A stretch of 64,000 bases of DNA from an uncultured Actinomycetota bacterium. GTDB lineage: Bacteria > Actinomycetota > UBA4738 > HRBIN12. The stretch is from assembly GCA_963788925.1 (NCBI GenBank), contig CAWBIH010000002.1:503752-567751 (forward strand), given 5' to 3'. The position numbers and the translations under genes are program-made. Shown here piece after piece: positions 40,562 through 51,175 of this stretch (its first letter is position 1; each line of letters opens with the position of its first letter). The notes under the pieces are model-generated. The model was not told the DNA's origin, searched no databases, and was given only the letters and a program-made list of their open reading frames with translations.

Positions 40562-41673
40562 TCAGGCGATCGCGCGGCGGCGCCGCACGAACCAGACGAC
40601 GAACCACACGAGGGCACCGAGCACGGTGAGCGGGATCAGGTAGCCGAGTCCGACGATCACGGCGCCGACGATCCGAAGGAACCCCTGGACGCCGAGATCG
40701 ACCGAGGAGCCCAGGTCGGGGTTGTCCACGTCGGTCTGTGTCGCCGCTTTCGGCGCGTTCTGCTCCTGGATCGAGACGCGAAGGGTCGACTCGGCGACCT
40801 GGTCGTTGATGAACCTGAGTTGCCCCTGGATCTGCTCGATGCGGAGCTGGACGTCGTCCAGCTGGCTCGCCATCCGCAGGATCTCCTCCGTCGTGGTGGC
40901 CTGTTGGAAAGGTCGGACAGCAGGGCTTTCCGTGCCAGCAGGATGCGCAGACGCGCCTGCTGTCGATGAACTCCGCCGTCACGTCGTCGCCCTGGATCTC
41001 CTGGAACCGCACGCGGGTGGCCAGGTCGCGGATGTCGCCGAGTGCTCGATCGAATCTCTTCGCCGGGATCCGTAGCACGAACGTCCCCGATCGATCGTTG
41101 TTCGTCGACGAGGAGAGGATGAAGCCGCCGTACTTCTCTGCGATGAACGTGAGGTTGCCGACCGCGTCACCGAACTTGTCGTCGGGAACGACGACGCCGA
41201 TGCGCCCGTCGCGGACGATCTTCGAGAGATCCTGCTGCTGACGGCCACTGCGCAGTTCGAGCTCACCGCTATCGGGGGGACTGTCTTGTCGCCGGGGGTA
41301 GCGTCGGCGGCGCGATGGGTGCTCTTCGAACCTGGGGGGCGCCGAGGTGCTCTCCGCACTCCCCGGCGGCTTGGCGCGCACTGCCCGTCATCCGCGACTG
41401 CGTCTGCCAACGCGCCTGGCCTGATGGCCCCCTGAAAGAGCTTGGTCCGCCGCCGTCGGCGCTACTCATGAGCCCGCCCTGGGCGAGGAAACCGATCGCG
41501 CCGGCGACGACGAGGAACGCGGCGGCGACGCCGACGACCTTGGTCCATCCCCGACCGGTGTTCTTGCGGATGGCACCCTGGAGCGTCGCGCGCTCCATGC
41601 GCGCCGTCTCGCGGGCCGCCGCGTCCTTCAGGTCGGTCTCCAGCTGTTTGAGGTACTCGATCTGTGTGTTCAT
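40562..41673 (-). CDS. membrane-anchored DUF4349-domain protein (putative anti-sigma-factor partner), reading frame broken at least three times
   Basis: N-terminal cytoplasmic segment plus TM helix (VVGVAAAFLVVAGAIGF). DUF4349-like core (GGFILSSS...FVLRIPAKRFDRALGDIRDLATRV...DVTAEFID). C-terminal coiled coil (LDDVQLRIEQIQGQLRFINDQVAESTLRVSIQEQ) and a terminal TM helix. The three pieces lie in three different frames, with junctions near 41274-41279 (G6 run), about 40960 and about 40900. ATGA overlap with the sigma-factor gene. Confidence 0.55.
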
Positions 41674-42257
41674 GACTCCTTCTCGGTCGCCGGTTGTAGG
41701 CCCTTCTCCTGCAGGACCAGAGCCAGCCGTCGCAGGCCTCGGCTCACCCGTTGTCGCGCGTTCTCCTCGGTGCACGAGAGCGCTCGAGCGACCTCGGCAT
41801 ACGAGCGCTGCTCGATCACTCGAAGGCGAAGCGCGTCGCGATGGTCCTCGCGAAGCGTCGCCAGGGCCTCCGCGATCGCGCCGCGGATCGGCGCGAAGTC
41901 GACGAGGTCCTCGATCCGCTCGAAATCCTCGGGTGGGAGGTCGCGCTCCGGCATCCCGAGACGACGACGCGCCGCTCGGTCCACCCGCCCGGACCGGAAG
42001 AACCGGCCGAGCTGGTGCCTCGCCACCCCGTAGATCCATGCCACGCCGTTCGCTCCCGTGTCTCGATAGGTCGTCCTCGATGCGAAGGCCTGCGCGAACG
42101 TCTCGGCGGTGAGCTCGGCCGCGGATTCGGGGTCGAGCGTTCGCCGGGCGAAGTAGCGGAGGAGATCCTCGGCGTGCCGCCGATACAGCTCGGTGAATAC
42201 GCCGGGCTCGGCCGCCGACGCCGTGAGGAGCTCGCTATCGCTGCGCTGGTCCTCCAC
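41670..42257 (-). CDS. ECF-family RNA polymerase sigma factor
   Basis: Sigma-70 region 2 (FTELYRRHAEDLLRYFARR...) and region 4 (SYAEVARALSCTEENARQRVSRGLRRL). GTG start chosen at 42257. Confidence 0.8.
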   Translation of the reverse strand: MEDQRSDSELLTASAAEPGVFTELYRRHAEDLLRYFARRTLDPESAAELTAETFAQAFASRTTYRDTGANGVAWIYGVARHQLGRFFRSGRVDRAARRRLGMPERDLPPEDFERIEDLVDFAPIRGAIAEALATLREDHRDALRLRVIEQRSYAEVARALSCTEENARQRVSRGLRRLALVLQEKGLQPATEKES

Positions 42258-42352
42258 TCTGGCTCCGATATCGGTTCCGAGATTCGGTCGGAAGTGGACT
42301 CCACCCGTACCATGCCTCGGATCGAGCACGCTGTGACAGGGGGTAGACGCGG

Positions 42353-44455
42353 TTGACCGAAGACTCGTTCCCACGACAGAAGGCGCGAACGCGAGGGTTC
42401 ACCCTCGGGGCGCCTCGCACGTTTCGCATCGCCGACGACGGATCGCGTGTGGCGTTCATCCGGTCGCGCTCCGGGAACGATCCCGAGGGTTGCCTGTGGA
42501 TCCTCGATCTGGACTCCGGGGAGGAGCGTTCGATCTTCGACCCGGGGTCCGGCGAGGAGCACCTCACGCAGCAAGAACGGGATCGGCGCGAGCGGATGCG
42601 TGAGCAGCTCACCGGCGTCACGACCTACGACGCAGATCCGAAGCTCACGCTCGCGACGTTCGTCGTCGATGGGCGGGTGCACGTGGCGGATCTCGTGAAG
42701 GGTGGCGCCAGGCCGCTGGAAGGGTCTCCTGATGGCGCCTACGATGCGCGGCCCGACCCGACCGGACGCCGTGTGGCGTACATCGTCGATGGCGCACTCT
42801 ACGTTCAGGATCTCTCGCCGGAGGGCGCGACCGGCGGGTCGGTCCGGGTGATCGCGAACGACGACGATCCCGACGTCCACTGGGGTGTGGCTGAGTTCGT
42901 CGCCTCCGAAGAGCTGGAGCGCTATCGCGGGTACTGGTGGTCGCCCCACGGCGAGAGGATCGTCGCCGCCCGCGTCGACGAGCGTCCGGTTCTCATCTGG
43001 TACATCTCGTCCCCGGTCGATCCGGACTCACCTCCACGCGCCGTTCGCTACCCGCAGGCGGGAACGGACAATGCGGAGGTGTCGCTCTCGGTGCTCGGGC
43101 TGGACGGGTCGCGCGTGGACATCGACTGGGATCGCGACGCGTTCCCGTACCTGATCAACGTGACGTGGAACGACCGATGTCCGCTCACGCTGCTGGTGAT
43201 GTCACGGGATCAGAAGCGCTGGCTCGTGCTCGAGGTCGAGCCCGACTCGGGGAAGACCCAGGCGCTCTTCGAGGACTCGGCCGAGCACTGGCAGACGGTC
43301 GTGACCGGGGTGCCCGACCGGCTGCGGGACGGCCGGCTCGTGTTCATCGACGAGTCGGAGGACACGCGCCGGATCACCATCGATGGCGAACCCGTGACCC
43401 CACCGGGACTCCAGGTCGCCACCGTGCTCGACGTCGGGGACGACGTCCTCTTCTCGGCGAACGAGGATCCCACGGAGCTGCACGTGTGGCGCGGCGCGGG
43501 CGGCGAGGTGCTCGAACGCGTCACCTCCGAGCCCGGCGTGCACCTCGCCGCCCGCGCCGGTGACGTCACGGTCATCGTCTCGGAGCTGCTGGATCCGTCG
43601 CTCCGGCGAGTACGCGTCCTCCGAGCCGGCGACCAGGTCGCGGAGATCCGTTCACTCGCCGAGACACCCGTGATCGAAGCTCGGCCCACGTTCGGCATCG
43701 TCGGCGAACGAGACATCCGGCTGGCGATGTTCACCCCCGGAGGCGCCGAGCCAGATGGTCCGCTCCCCGTGATCGTCGATCCGTACGGAGGTCCGCACTA
43801 CTCTCGGGTGACCAAGGCGCATCGAGCGCTCCTCGAGCCGCAGTGGCTGGCGGATCAGGGCTTCGCGGTCCTGGTCGCCGACGGTCGTGGCACTCCCGGA
43901 CGTGGTGTCGGTTGGGAGCACGCGATCTACCGAGATCTCGCCCGCCCCGTGCTGGAGGATCAGGTCGACGCTCTCCATGCGGCGGCCGAGCGCTTCGGAT
44001 TCCTCGACCTGGACAAGGTGGGCATCCGCGGATGGTCGTTCGGTGGCTACCTCGCGGCGATGGCGGTCCTTCGACGGCCGGACGTCTTCCATGTCGCGGT
44101 GGCCGGTGCGCCGGACGCGGAGCAGGTGCTCTACGACACGGCCTACACCGAGCGGTACCTCGGGCTCCCGCAGGAGGAGCCGGAGGTCTATCGCGCGAAC
44201 TCGCTGATCGGCGACGCACCCAACCTCGTGAGACCTCTTCTCCTGATCCACGGCCTCGCCGATGACAACGTCTTCGTTGCGAACACGCTCCGGCTCTCGA
44301 GAGCGCTCACGGAGGCAGGCCGTCTCCACTCCGTGGTGCCGCTGTCGGGTGTCACCCACATGACGACGAAGGAGTCGGTGGCGGAAAACCTGTTGCTGCT
44401 CCAGGTGCGGTTCCTTCGTCAGGCCCTCGGCCTGGGCGACCCGTTCGACGTCTGA
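42353..44455 (+). CDS. S9-family serine peptidase (dipeptidyl aminopeptidase / prolyl oligopeptidase-like)
   Basis: N-terminal beta-propeller region, C-terminal alpha/beta hydrolase with the nucleophile motif GWSFGG, and Asp/His (HGLADDNV, VTHM). Confidence 0.85.
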   Translation: MTEDSFPRQKARTRGFTLGAPRTFRIADDGSRVAFIRSRSGNDPEGCLWILDLDSGEERSIFDPGSGEEHLTQQERDRRERMREQLTGVTTYDADPKLTLATFVVDGRVHVADLVKGGARPLEGSPDGAYDARPDPTGRRVAYIVDGALYVQDLSPEGATGGSVRVIANDDDPDVHWGVAEFVASEELERYRGYWWSPHGERIVAARVDERPVLIWYISSPVDPDSPPRAVRYPQAGTDNAEVSLSVLGLDGSRVDIDWDRDAFPYLINVTWNDRCPLTLLVMSRDQKRWLVLEVEPDSGKTQALFEDSAEHWQTVVTGVPDRLRDGRLVFIDESEDTRRITIDGEPVTPPGLQVATVLDVGDDVLFSANEDPTELHVWRGAGGEVLERVTSEPGVHLAARAGDVTVIVSELLDPSLRRVRVLRAGDQVAEIRSLAETPVIEARPTFGIVGERDIRLAMFTPGGAEPDGPLPVIVDPYGGPHYSRVTKAHRALLEPQWLADQGFAVLVADGRGTPGRGVGWEHAIYRDLARPVLEDQVDALHAAAERFGFLDLDKVGIRGWSFGGYLAAMAVLRRPDVFHVAVAGAPDAEQVLYDTAYTERYLGLPQEEPEVYRANSLIGDAPNLVRPLLLIHGLADDNVFVANTLRLSRALTEAGRLHSVVPLSGVTHMTTKESVAENLLLLQVRFLRQALGLGDPFDV

Positions 44456-44493
44456 CCGGTCGGCCCCGAGCGCGCTGCTACGCTCGGCTCGAC

Positions 44494-45732
44494 ATGCCCA
44501 TCATCGTGCAGAAATACGGTGGCACATCCGTCGACGGCGTCGATCGGCTCCGGGTCGTCGCCGACCGGGTCGTCCGCGCACGCGATGCCGGCAACGACGT
44601 GATCGTGGTGGTCTCGGCGATGGGCCAGACCACCGATGACCTTGCTCGGATGGCGAAGGACATCGCGCCGGACCCCGACCCGCGCGAGATGGACATGTTG
44701 CTCACGGCGGGAGAGCGGATCGCGATGGCGCTCCTGGGGATCGCGATCAACGAGCGAGGATGCCGTGCGGCGAGCTACACGGGATCGCAGGCCGGCATCA
44801 TCACCGACACCGCGCACGGACAGGCGAGGATCATCGAGATCCGGCCCAAGCGGATCCTCGAGGCCTTGGACGCCGGCAACGTCGTGATCATCGCGGGCTT
44901 CCAAGGGCTTTCCTCCGCCTACGAGATCACGACGCTCGGGCGCGGCGGATCGGACCTGACCGCGGTCGCGATGGCGGCGGCCGTCGGCGCCGAGGTCTGC
45001 GAGATCTACACGGACGTCGGTGGCGTGATGACCGCGGATCCTCGGCTGGTGCCGGCCGCCAGACTGATCGAACGGATCGGTTACGACGACATGCTGGAGT
45101 TGGCCGCAGCCGGAGCCAAGGTGCTTCAGTCACGTTCCGTGGAGCTCGCCCGGCGGAGCGGCCTCCGGTTGCACGTGCGTTCCTCCTTCGACGACGAGGC
45201 ACCCGGTACGTGGGTGCAGGAGGTTGACGATCAGATGGAAGACGTCCTGATCTCGGGGATCGCGCTCGAAACCGATGAGGCCAAGGTGACCTTCGACGGT
45301 GTGCCCGACAAGCCCGGCGTCGCTGCGATGCTGTTCAAGGCGGTCGCGAGTGCTGGCGTGAGCGTCGACATGATCGTGCAGAACGTCTCGCACGAGGGGG
45401 CCACCGACCTCTCCTTCACCGCGCCGATCGCCGACGTCGCGAGCCTCGAAGCTGCCGTCGGCGGGATCGCACAACAGGTGGGCGCTCGGACCTGGTCGGT
45501 CGACGACGGAGTCGCCAAGATCTCGCTCGTGGGAGCCGGGATGAAGAGTCAGCCCGGCGTCGCCGCGGACATGTTCGATGCCCTGGCTGCCGAAGGGATC
45601 AACATCGAGATGATCTCCACCTCCCCCATCCGGATCTCTTGCGTCATAAGGAAAGCGGACGCGGACCGGGCACTCGGGGTGGTCCACGCGCGTTTCGGGC
45701 TGGACGTTCCGGCCGAGATGGCCGATAAATAG
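44494..45732 (+). CDS. lysC: aspartate kinase
   Basis: KYGGTS N-terminal motif, kinase core, two C-terminal ACT domains. Confidence 0.9.
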   Translation: MPIIVQKYGGTSVDGVDRLRVVADRVVRARDAGNDVIVVVSAMGQTTDDLARMAKDIAPDPDPREMDMLLTAGERIAMALLGIAINERGCRAASYTGSQAGIITDTAHGQARIIEIRPKRILEALDAGNVVIIAGFQGLSSAYEITTLGRGGSDLTAVAMAAAVGAEVCEIYTDVGGVMTADPRLVPAARLIERIGYDDMLELAAAGAKVLQSRSVELARRSGLRLHVRSSFDDEAPGTWVQEVDDQMEDVLISGIALETDEAKVTFDGVPDKPGVAAMLFKAVASAGVSVDMIVQNVSHEGATDLSFTAPIADVASLEAAVGGIAQQVGARTWSVDDGVAKISLVGAGMKSQPGVAADMFDALAAEGINIEMISTSPIRISCVIRKADADRALGVVHARFGLDVPAEMADK

Positions 45733-45737
45733 AAGGT

Positions 45738-46355
45738 ATGGATCCCTACCCCGCGTTGCCGCCGCCACCTCCAGGTGGCGAACCGGAGATCGAGGAAGCC
45801 GCGCCCGAAGCCCCGACGCGATCCGCGGGGAAGGCGGTCGCCGTCGTCGCCGGACTCCTGATCGCTCTTGCGGGGGTGGTGGCGGCGGGGATCTGGTGGC
45901 TCGGCGGGCCGGGAGTATGTGACCAGAGCACCGTGGAGTCGTCTCGCTTCGGCTACTGCGTCGCTGCGCCGGGTTGGGAGCTCACGAACGAAGCGACGCA
46001 GTCCACCCTTCCCTATGACGAACTCATCAAGCCGGCGGACGCGTCCACGATGCGGATCATGGCGATCCAGCTCCAGACCGGCCAGGGTTTGAACGAGGTG
46101 GTGCAGGCAGCGCGTGACGTCGCCTCGCAAGATGGCGTGGAAGTCGGCGACATCGTCCAGCGGCGGATCGCGGGCGTGCCGGCCGCCCAGTGGGACTTCG
46201 TCCTCGACGGGGGGCAGGTCGAGCAGCACGTCCGCGAGATCGTTTTCGTGCGTGGCGACGCCGCGTGGCGTGTGCAGCTCCAGGCCGATTCAGACGGTTT
46301 CGACACCCGGCTCGCAGAGTTCGAAACCATCCTGCGCACCTGGACGTTCCGTTAG
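45738..46355 (+). CDS. hypothetical membrane-anchored protein
   Basis: Pro-rich N-terminus, a single TM helix (AVAVVAGLLIALAGVVAAGIWWL), then about 140 aa extracytoplasmic domain. Inserted between lysC and asd. Confidence 0.5.
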   Translation: MDPYPALPPPPPGGEPEIEEAAPEAPTRSAGKAVAVVAGLLIALAGVVAAGIWWLGGPGVCDQSTVESSRFGYCVAAPGWELTNEATQSTLPYDELIKPADASTMRIMAIQLQTGQGLNEVVQAARDVASQDGVEVGDIVQRRIAGVPAAQWDFVLDGGQVEQHVREIVFVRGDAAWRVQLQADSDGFDTRLAEFETILRTWTFR

Positions 46356-46396
46356 CCCTGAACGGTCCGAGACGTCCCGCCGGGTAGGGTGAGCCC

Positions 46397-47461
46397 ATGG
46401 GTTTGAAGGTCGCCGTCGTGGGCGCGACCGGTGCGGTGGGCACCGAGATGCTACGCATCCTGGAGTCGCGCGCGTTCCCGGTCGACGAGCTGGTAGCCCT
46501 GGCCTCGGCTCGATCCGCAGGACGAGTGATCACGTTCGAAGATCGCGACATCCCGGTGCGGGAATTGTCGCTGGATACCCTTCGCGGAGTCGATCTCTCC
46601 CTCTCGGCTGCCGGCGCGTCGGTGGCACGGAGTTTCGTGCGCGACGCGGCGGCGGCCGGGTCCGTCTGCATCGACAAGTCTTCCGCCTTCCGGATGGAAC
46701 CGGACGTGCCACTCGTCGTTCCCGAGGTGAATCCGGAAGCTCTGGAGGGATCTCCGCGGATCATCGCCGTGCCGAACTGCACCACCATCGTCGCGATGAT
46801 GGCGCTCGCTCCACTGCATCGCGCGGCCGGTCTCCGCTCGCTGGTGCTGTCGTCGTATCAGGCCGTGTCGGGCGCCGGACGGGACGGGACGCGCGAGCTC
46901 GCAGAGCAGATCGAGAAGCTGCACGATCAGATCGAGGAGCTCGGGCATCCCGACATCGACTCACTTCCCGCCGGGGACGTCTTCGGCAAGACGATGGCGT
47001 TCAACGTGTTGCCGAAGATCGACGCGTTCGCCGATGAGGGCTCCACCGGGGAGGAGATCAAGACGGTTCAGGAGTCGAGGAAGATCCTCGGCATCGAGGA
47101 CCTCGACGTGGCGGCCACGTGCGTGCGCGTCCCCGTGCCGGTCGGTCACTCGGTCTCCCTGCTCGCGCGTTTCTCGCGCGCGATCGCGCCCGACGAGGCG
47201 CGCGCACTGCTTCAGGAGGCGCCGGGTGTGGAGGTCCGTGACGATCCCGCGAACGGCGTCTACCCGTCGCCGCTCGAGGCCGCGGGGCGCGATGAGGTGC
47301 TGGTCGGGCGCATCCGGCGAGCGCCGGGTCACGATGATTCGCTGCTGCTGTTCGCGTGCGGCGACAACCTCCGGAAGGGCGCCGCCCTCAACGGGATCCA
47401 GATCGCGGAACGGCTGTTCTCCACGAGCACCGCTCCGCTTCGACTCCCACGCCCGCAGTAG
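46397..47461 (+). CDS. asd: aspartate-semialdehyde dehydrogenase
   Basis: VAVVGATGAVG NADP motif. Active-site Cys in PNCTT. Confidence 0.9.
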   Translation: MGLKVAVVGATGAVGTEMLRILESRAFPVDELVALASARSAGRVITFEDRDIPVRELSLDTLRGVDLSLSAAGASVARSFVRDAAAAGSVCIDKSSAFRMEPDVPLVVPEVNPEALEGSPRIIAVPNCTTIVAMMALAPLHRAAGLRSLVLSSYQAVSGAGRDGTRELAEQIEKLHDQIEELGHPDIDSLPAGDVFGKTMAFNVLPKIDAFADEGSTGEEIKTVQESRKILGIEDLDVAATCVRVPVPVGHSVSLLARFSRAIAPDEARALLQEAPGVEVRDDPANGVYPSPLEAAGRDEVLVGRIRRAPGHDDSLLLFACGDNLRKGAALNGIQIAERLFSTSTAPLRLPRPQ

Positions 47462-47479
47462 CCGATCCTGCCAGCGGTC

Positions 47480-48737
47480 TCAGATGGACGGAACGGGCTG
47501 CGGATCGCGCTTCCGGCGCTTGTCCTCGTACATCCCTTCGTCGGCCGCATCGATCAACTCCTCGAGCGTCACGGAGCGCCCCGGGGGGATCGCGGAGAGG
47601 CCGATCGAGAGTGACATTTGGAAGTCTCGCCCGGGTCGCTCGATTGTGGGCCGCGGTCGTCTCGCGGAGCCGCTCGAGCGCGCGGTGGGGATGAAGCTCG
47701 GGGTCGCCCACGAGGAGTACACAGAACTCGTCGCCGCCGAGGCGCCCCGCCAGATCCGACGTGCGGATCGTCTCGCGGATCACGTCGGCCGCCTCTTTGA
47801 GCAACTGGTCGCCCATCGAATGGCCGAGCTCGTCGTTCACTTTCTTCAAGCCGTCTACGTCGACGAACAGCAGGGCGACGGCGGCCCGGGTCCGGGCCGA
47901 GACCAGGAGTTGATGCTCTCCGAGCGAGAAGAAGCCGCGCCGGTTGGCGAGACCGGTGAGCTCGTCCACCGTGGCGAGCTGACGGAGCTCCTCCTGGAGC
48001 TGGGAGAGGTGGGATCCGGTCCGGACCAGCGCCCGGGAGAGCAAGCCGAGCTCGTCGCGAGAGGAGTCCGGGTCGTCGAGCGGCATGCCTTCGTCGAGCC
48101 GCTTCGCGTTCCTCCGCATCTTGTCGACCCGTCTCACCATGCCCGCCGTGAAGCCGATCATGAGGATCATGGCGACGGCGACGGCCGCAGGCATCGCGAG
48201 CACCTGCACCAGGAAGGAACGCCTGAGGGCCACGTCGCGTGCCGCGACCCGCTCGGCAGCGAGCTCATCGACAGTCACCCGCATCTGCTCGGTCAGTCCA
48301 CGCAGCGCGTCGGTGATGGTCTGCCCGTGAAGCAGAGATGTCGCGAGCCGAGCCTGGTTGTCCAAGGATCCTCCGGTTCCGGCGCGAAGGCTCACTTCGA
48401 ACGTCGCCACGCGCTCGTCGACGAGCTCCTGGAGCCGCTCGAGCCGCTCGCCCTGGAGCCCTCCGCCCACAAGGAGATCGAGCTTCCCCAGGTCACGCTG
48501 AAAGTCGATCACCGCGCTCTCGTAGGCTGCCCGCATCCCCTCCCGCTCGGTCAGCAGGAATCCTCGGACGCCCGACTCGGCGACCCCCAGGTCATCTTGG
48601 ATCTCGGCGAGCAGCTGCCTCACCGTGTTCGTGTGGTCGACCTCGGTGTTGGTTCTTGTCGTCGCCCTCTGCGCGGACACCGCGTATCCGACGGCGAAAA
48701 CCAAGACGACCACTGGGATCGTCGACATCGCAAGCAT
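47480..48737 (-). CDS. diguanylate cyclase with N-terminal CHASE3-like sensor and HAMP (GGDEF), one frame change near 47650-47700
   Basis: TM helix plus CHASE3-like region (ESGVRGFLLTEREG). GGDEF core (VDELTGLANRRGF...FVDVDGLKKVND...RLGGDEFCVLL). The end of the GGDEF domain (SLSIGLSAI...ELIDAADEGMYEDKRRKRD) is in another frame. Confidence 0.65.
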
Positions 48738-48858
48738 CTTCGAGCGGAGCACCGTTGATTCTCCTGTAGGAAACCGACGTTCATGCTTTCGACGCCGGGA
48801 GAGGACCTCTTGAGCACGGGGGTTGTCTACCGACCGGTAGAGGCCGATAATCTGCCGG

Positions 48859-51168
48859 ATGGTAGAGAAGGGGACGGGGCGCCGGTCGAAGGCCGGTCGT
48901 TCGATCGTCGATCGGCTGGCCGGCAAGCGCATCTTCCTCACGGGCGTGACCGGCTTCCTCGGCCAGGTCGTCCTCGAGCGCCTCCTGGCCGATTTCCCCG
49001 AAACGAGGATCGTGTTGCTCGTCCGGTCCCAGACGGGCGCCTCCTCCGTGGAGCGGGTCCACTACCTGACGCGGAAGCCGTCCTTCGACGCGCTGCGTAC
49101 GACCCTCGGATCCGACGATGCGCTCCTGCGACTCCTGGACGAACGCGTCGAGGTCGTCGACGGCGACTTCTCTCGCGGGCAGCCGGAGCTCCCTGGCGAC
49201 ATCGACGTCACGATCCATTCGGCAGCCACCGTCGCCTTCGATCCGCCGATCGACGAAGGCTTCCAGACGAACCTGCTGGGCGCGATGAACCTGTACCGTG
49301 GCGTCCTCGGCGGCGGATCGCGACCCGCGCTCGTCCACGTCTCCACCGCGTACGTGGCCGGCGTGCAGAAGGGCGTGATCCCCGAGCGCACCCTGGATCA
49401 CCGCGTCGATTGGCGACTCGAGGCCGACCTCGCCCTCCAGTCGCGACGCGACGTCGAGGCGTCGTCCCGGAAGCCGGAGTTGCTCCAACGTTTCCTTTCG
49501 GACGCCGCCAAGGAGCACTCCCGTGCCGGTCCCACGACGGTCGCCGACGATGCCGAGCAGCGCCGCAAGGAGTGGATGACCAAGCGGCTCGTCGAGTACG
49601 GGAGACAACGCGCCCGCTCGCTCGGCTGGCCGGACGTCTACACGTTCACCAAAGCGATGGGTGAGCGCGCGGTGGAGGAACTCGCCGCCGAGGAGAGCCT
49701 GTCCTTGTCGATCGTCCGACCGTCCATCATCGAGTCCGCGTTGCTCCACCCCTCGCCGGGATGGATCGACGGATTCAAGATGGCCGACCCGATCATCCGG
49801 TCCTACGGCCTGGGGCAGATCCCCGAGTTCCCCGGCATCCCGGAAGGGATCGTGGACATCATCCCGGTGGACTTCGTCGTGAATGCGATCCTCGCCGTGG
49901 CGGCGACCCCGCCACCCCCCGGCCGGCCGGCTCACTACCACGTCTCTTCCGGCGACCGGAACCCCCTGCAGTTCCACCAGCTGTACACGCTCGTCCGGGA
50001 GTATTTCGAGGCCCACCCGCTCCCGGAGCGAGGTCGAGGCGAGCACAAGGTTCCCGAATGGACCTTCCCCGGAAACGTCACCGTCGAGAAGATGCTTCGC
50101 CGAGCCGAGCAGCTCACCGACATCGCGGAGACCGTCGTCACGCACCTGCCCAAGTCCAAGGCCATGCGCGACGCCGTGGGCAGGGTGGACCGCGACAAGG
50201 CGCGGGTCGACTTCGTGAAGCGCTACTCCGATCTCTACGGTGCCTACACGGAGGCCGAGGTGATCTACACCGACGACGTGGCGATGGCCCTCTACGGGAG
50301 CCTGAGCGCGGAGGACCGTGCCCGGTTCCCCTTCGACGCCGCCGCGATCGACTGGAAGTACTACCTCCAGGACGTCCACTCCCCGGCGGTGACGCAGTCG
50401 CTCCGCGAGCTCGCTCGGAAGGATCGAGCCCGTCCCACGGTCAAGATCCGGGAGCGCGAGGAGCCGGTGCTGGCCGTGTTCGACATGGAGGGCACGATCA
50501 TCTCCTCGAACGTCGTCGAGTCCTACGTCTGGGCGAGGATGGCCGACCTCGAGCCCGACGAGTGGCCTGGTGAGCTGGTCGGCGTCTTCGGCCGGATCCC
50601 GCGGTACCTGGCGATCGACCGACGGGATCGAGGCGACTTCCTGCGAACGTTCTTCCGCCGGTACGAGGGCGCCTCCGTGGAGGGCCTCGACCGACTGATC
50701 GATCGGCACGTGGGGGAGTTCATGCTCGAGAAGGCGAGTCCAGGGGCGATCCGCCGGATCCGGGAGCACCGAGCGGCCGGACACCGGACGCTGTTGCTCA
50801 CCGCCGCCGCGAACGCGTTCCTCCGGCCCCTCGATCCGCTGTTCGACGTGGTGATCGGCGCCGACCTCCAGGTGGACGACGAAGGCCGGTATACGGGCTT
50901 CATGTCCAGCCCGCCGCTCGTCGGCGAGGCGCGAGCGGCGTGGCTTCGCCGCTACGCATCGACGGAAGGTGTCGACCTGAAGCTGTCCTATGCCTACGCG
51001 GATTCCTACTCCGACCTGCCGTTGCTCCGTGCGGTCGGGAATCCCGTGGCGGTGTCGCCGGATTCCCACCTGTACCGCTTCGCGCGCCGGCGGCGCTGGC
51101 CGATCGAGGAGTGGGGGATGTCGAAGGGCATGCCGCGCGTCCGATTCCCGAAGCCGGCGAGGAGGTAG
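48859..51168 (+). CDS. bifunctional fatty acyl-CoA reductase (NAD_binding_4 / male-sterility domain) fused to a C-terminal HAD-IB phosphatase domain
   Basis: N-terminal Rossmann motif IFLTGVTGFLGQVVLERLL and FAR-type catalytic region (STAYVAG...YTFTKAMGE). Residues about 490-760 form a HAD-IB domain (VFDMEGTII motif I, LLTAAANAF, distal YADSYSDLPLL). 769 aa. Confidence 0.8.
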   Translation: MVEKGTGRRSKAGRSIVDRLAGKRIFLTGVTGFLGQVVLERLLADFPETRIVLLVRSQTGASSVERVHYLTRKPSFDALRTTLGSDDALLRLLDERVEVVDGDFSRGQPELPGDIDVTIHSAATVAFDPPIDEGFQTNLLGAMNLYRGVLGGGSRPALVHVSTAYVAGVQKGVIPERTLDHRVDWRLEADLALQSRRDVEASSRKPELLQRFLSDAAKEHSRAGPTTVADDAEQRRKEWMTKRLVEYGRQRARSLGWPDVYTFTKAMGERAVEELAAEESLSLSIVRPSIIESALLHPSPGWIDGFKMADPIIRSYGLGQIPEFPGIPEGIVDIIPVDFVVNAILAVAATPPPPGRPAHYHVSSGDRNPLQFHQLYTLVREYFEAHPLPERGRGEHKVPEWTFPGNVTVEKMLRRAEQLTDIAETVVTHLPKSKAMRDAVGRVDRDKARVDFVKRYSDLYGAYTEAEVIYTDDVAMALYGSLSAEDRARFPFDAAAIDWKYYLQDVHSPAVTQSLRELARKDRARPTVKIREREEPVLAVFDMEGTIISSNVVESYVWARMADLEPDEWPGELVGVFGRIPRYLAIDRRDRGDFLRTFFRRYEGASVEGLDRLIDRHVGEFMLEKASPGAIRRIREHRAAGHRTLLLTAAANAFLRPLDPLFDVVIGADLQVDDEGRYTGFMSSPPLVGEARAAWLRRYASTEGVDLKLSYAYADSYSDLPLLRAVGNPVAVSPDSHLYRFARRRRWPIEEWGMSKGMPRVRFPKPARR

Positions 51169-51175
51169 GGAGCCG

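Noticed and set aside
48781-51069. 762-aa minus-strand ORF opposite the FAR-HAD gene; also 52381-54246 (621 aa, minus) opposite the LarA-like gene
   Set aside because: Antisense to genes with clear Rossmann/HAD/DUF2088 motifs. Translation is Arg/Gly/Asp low-complexity.
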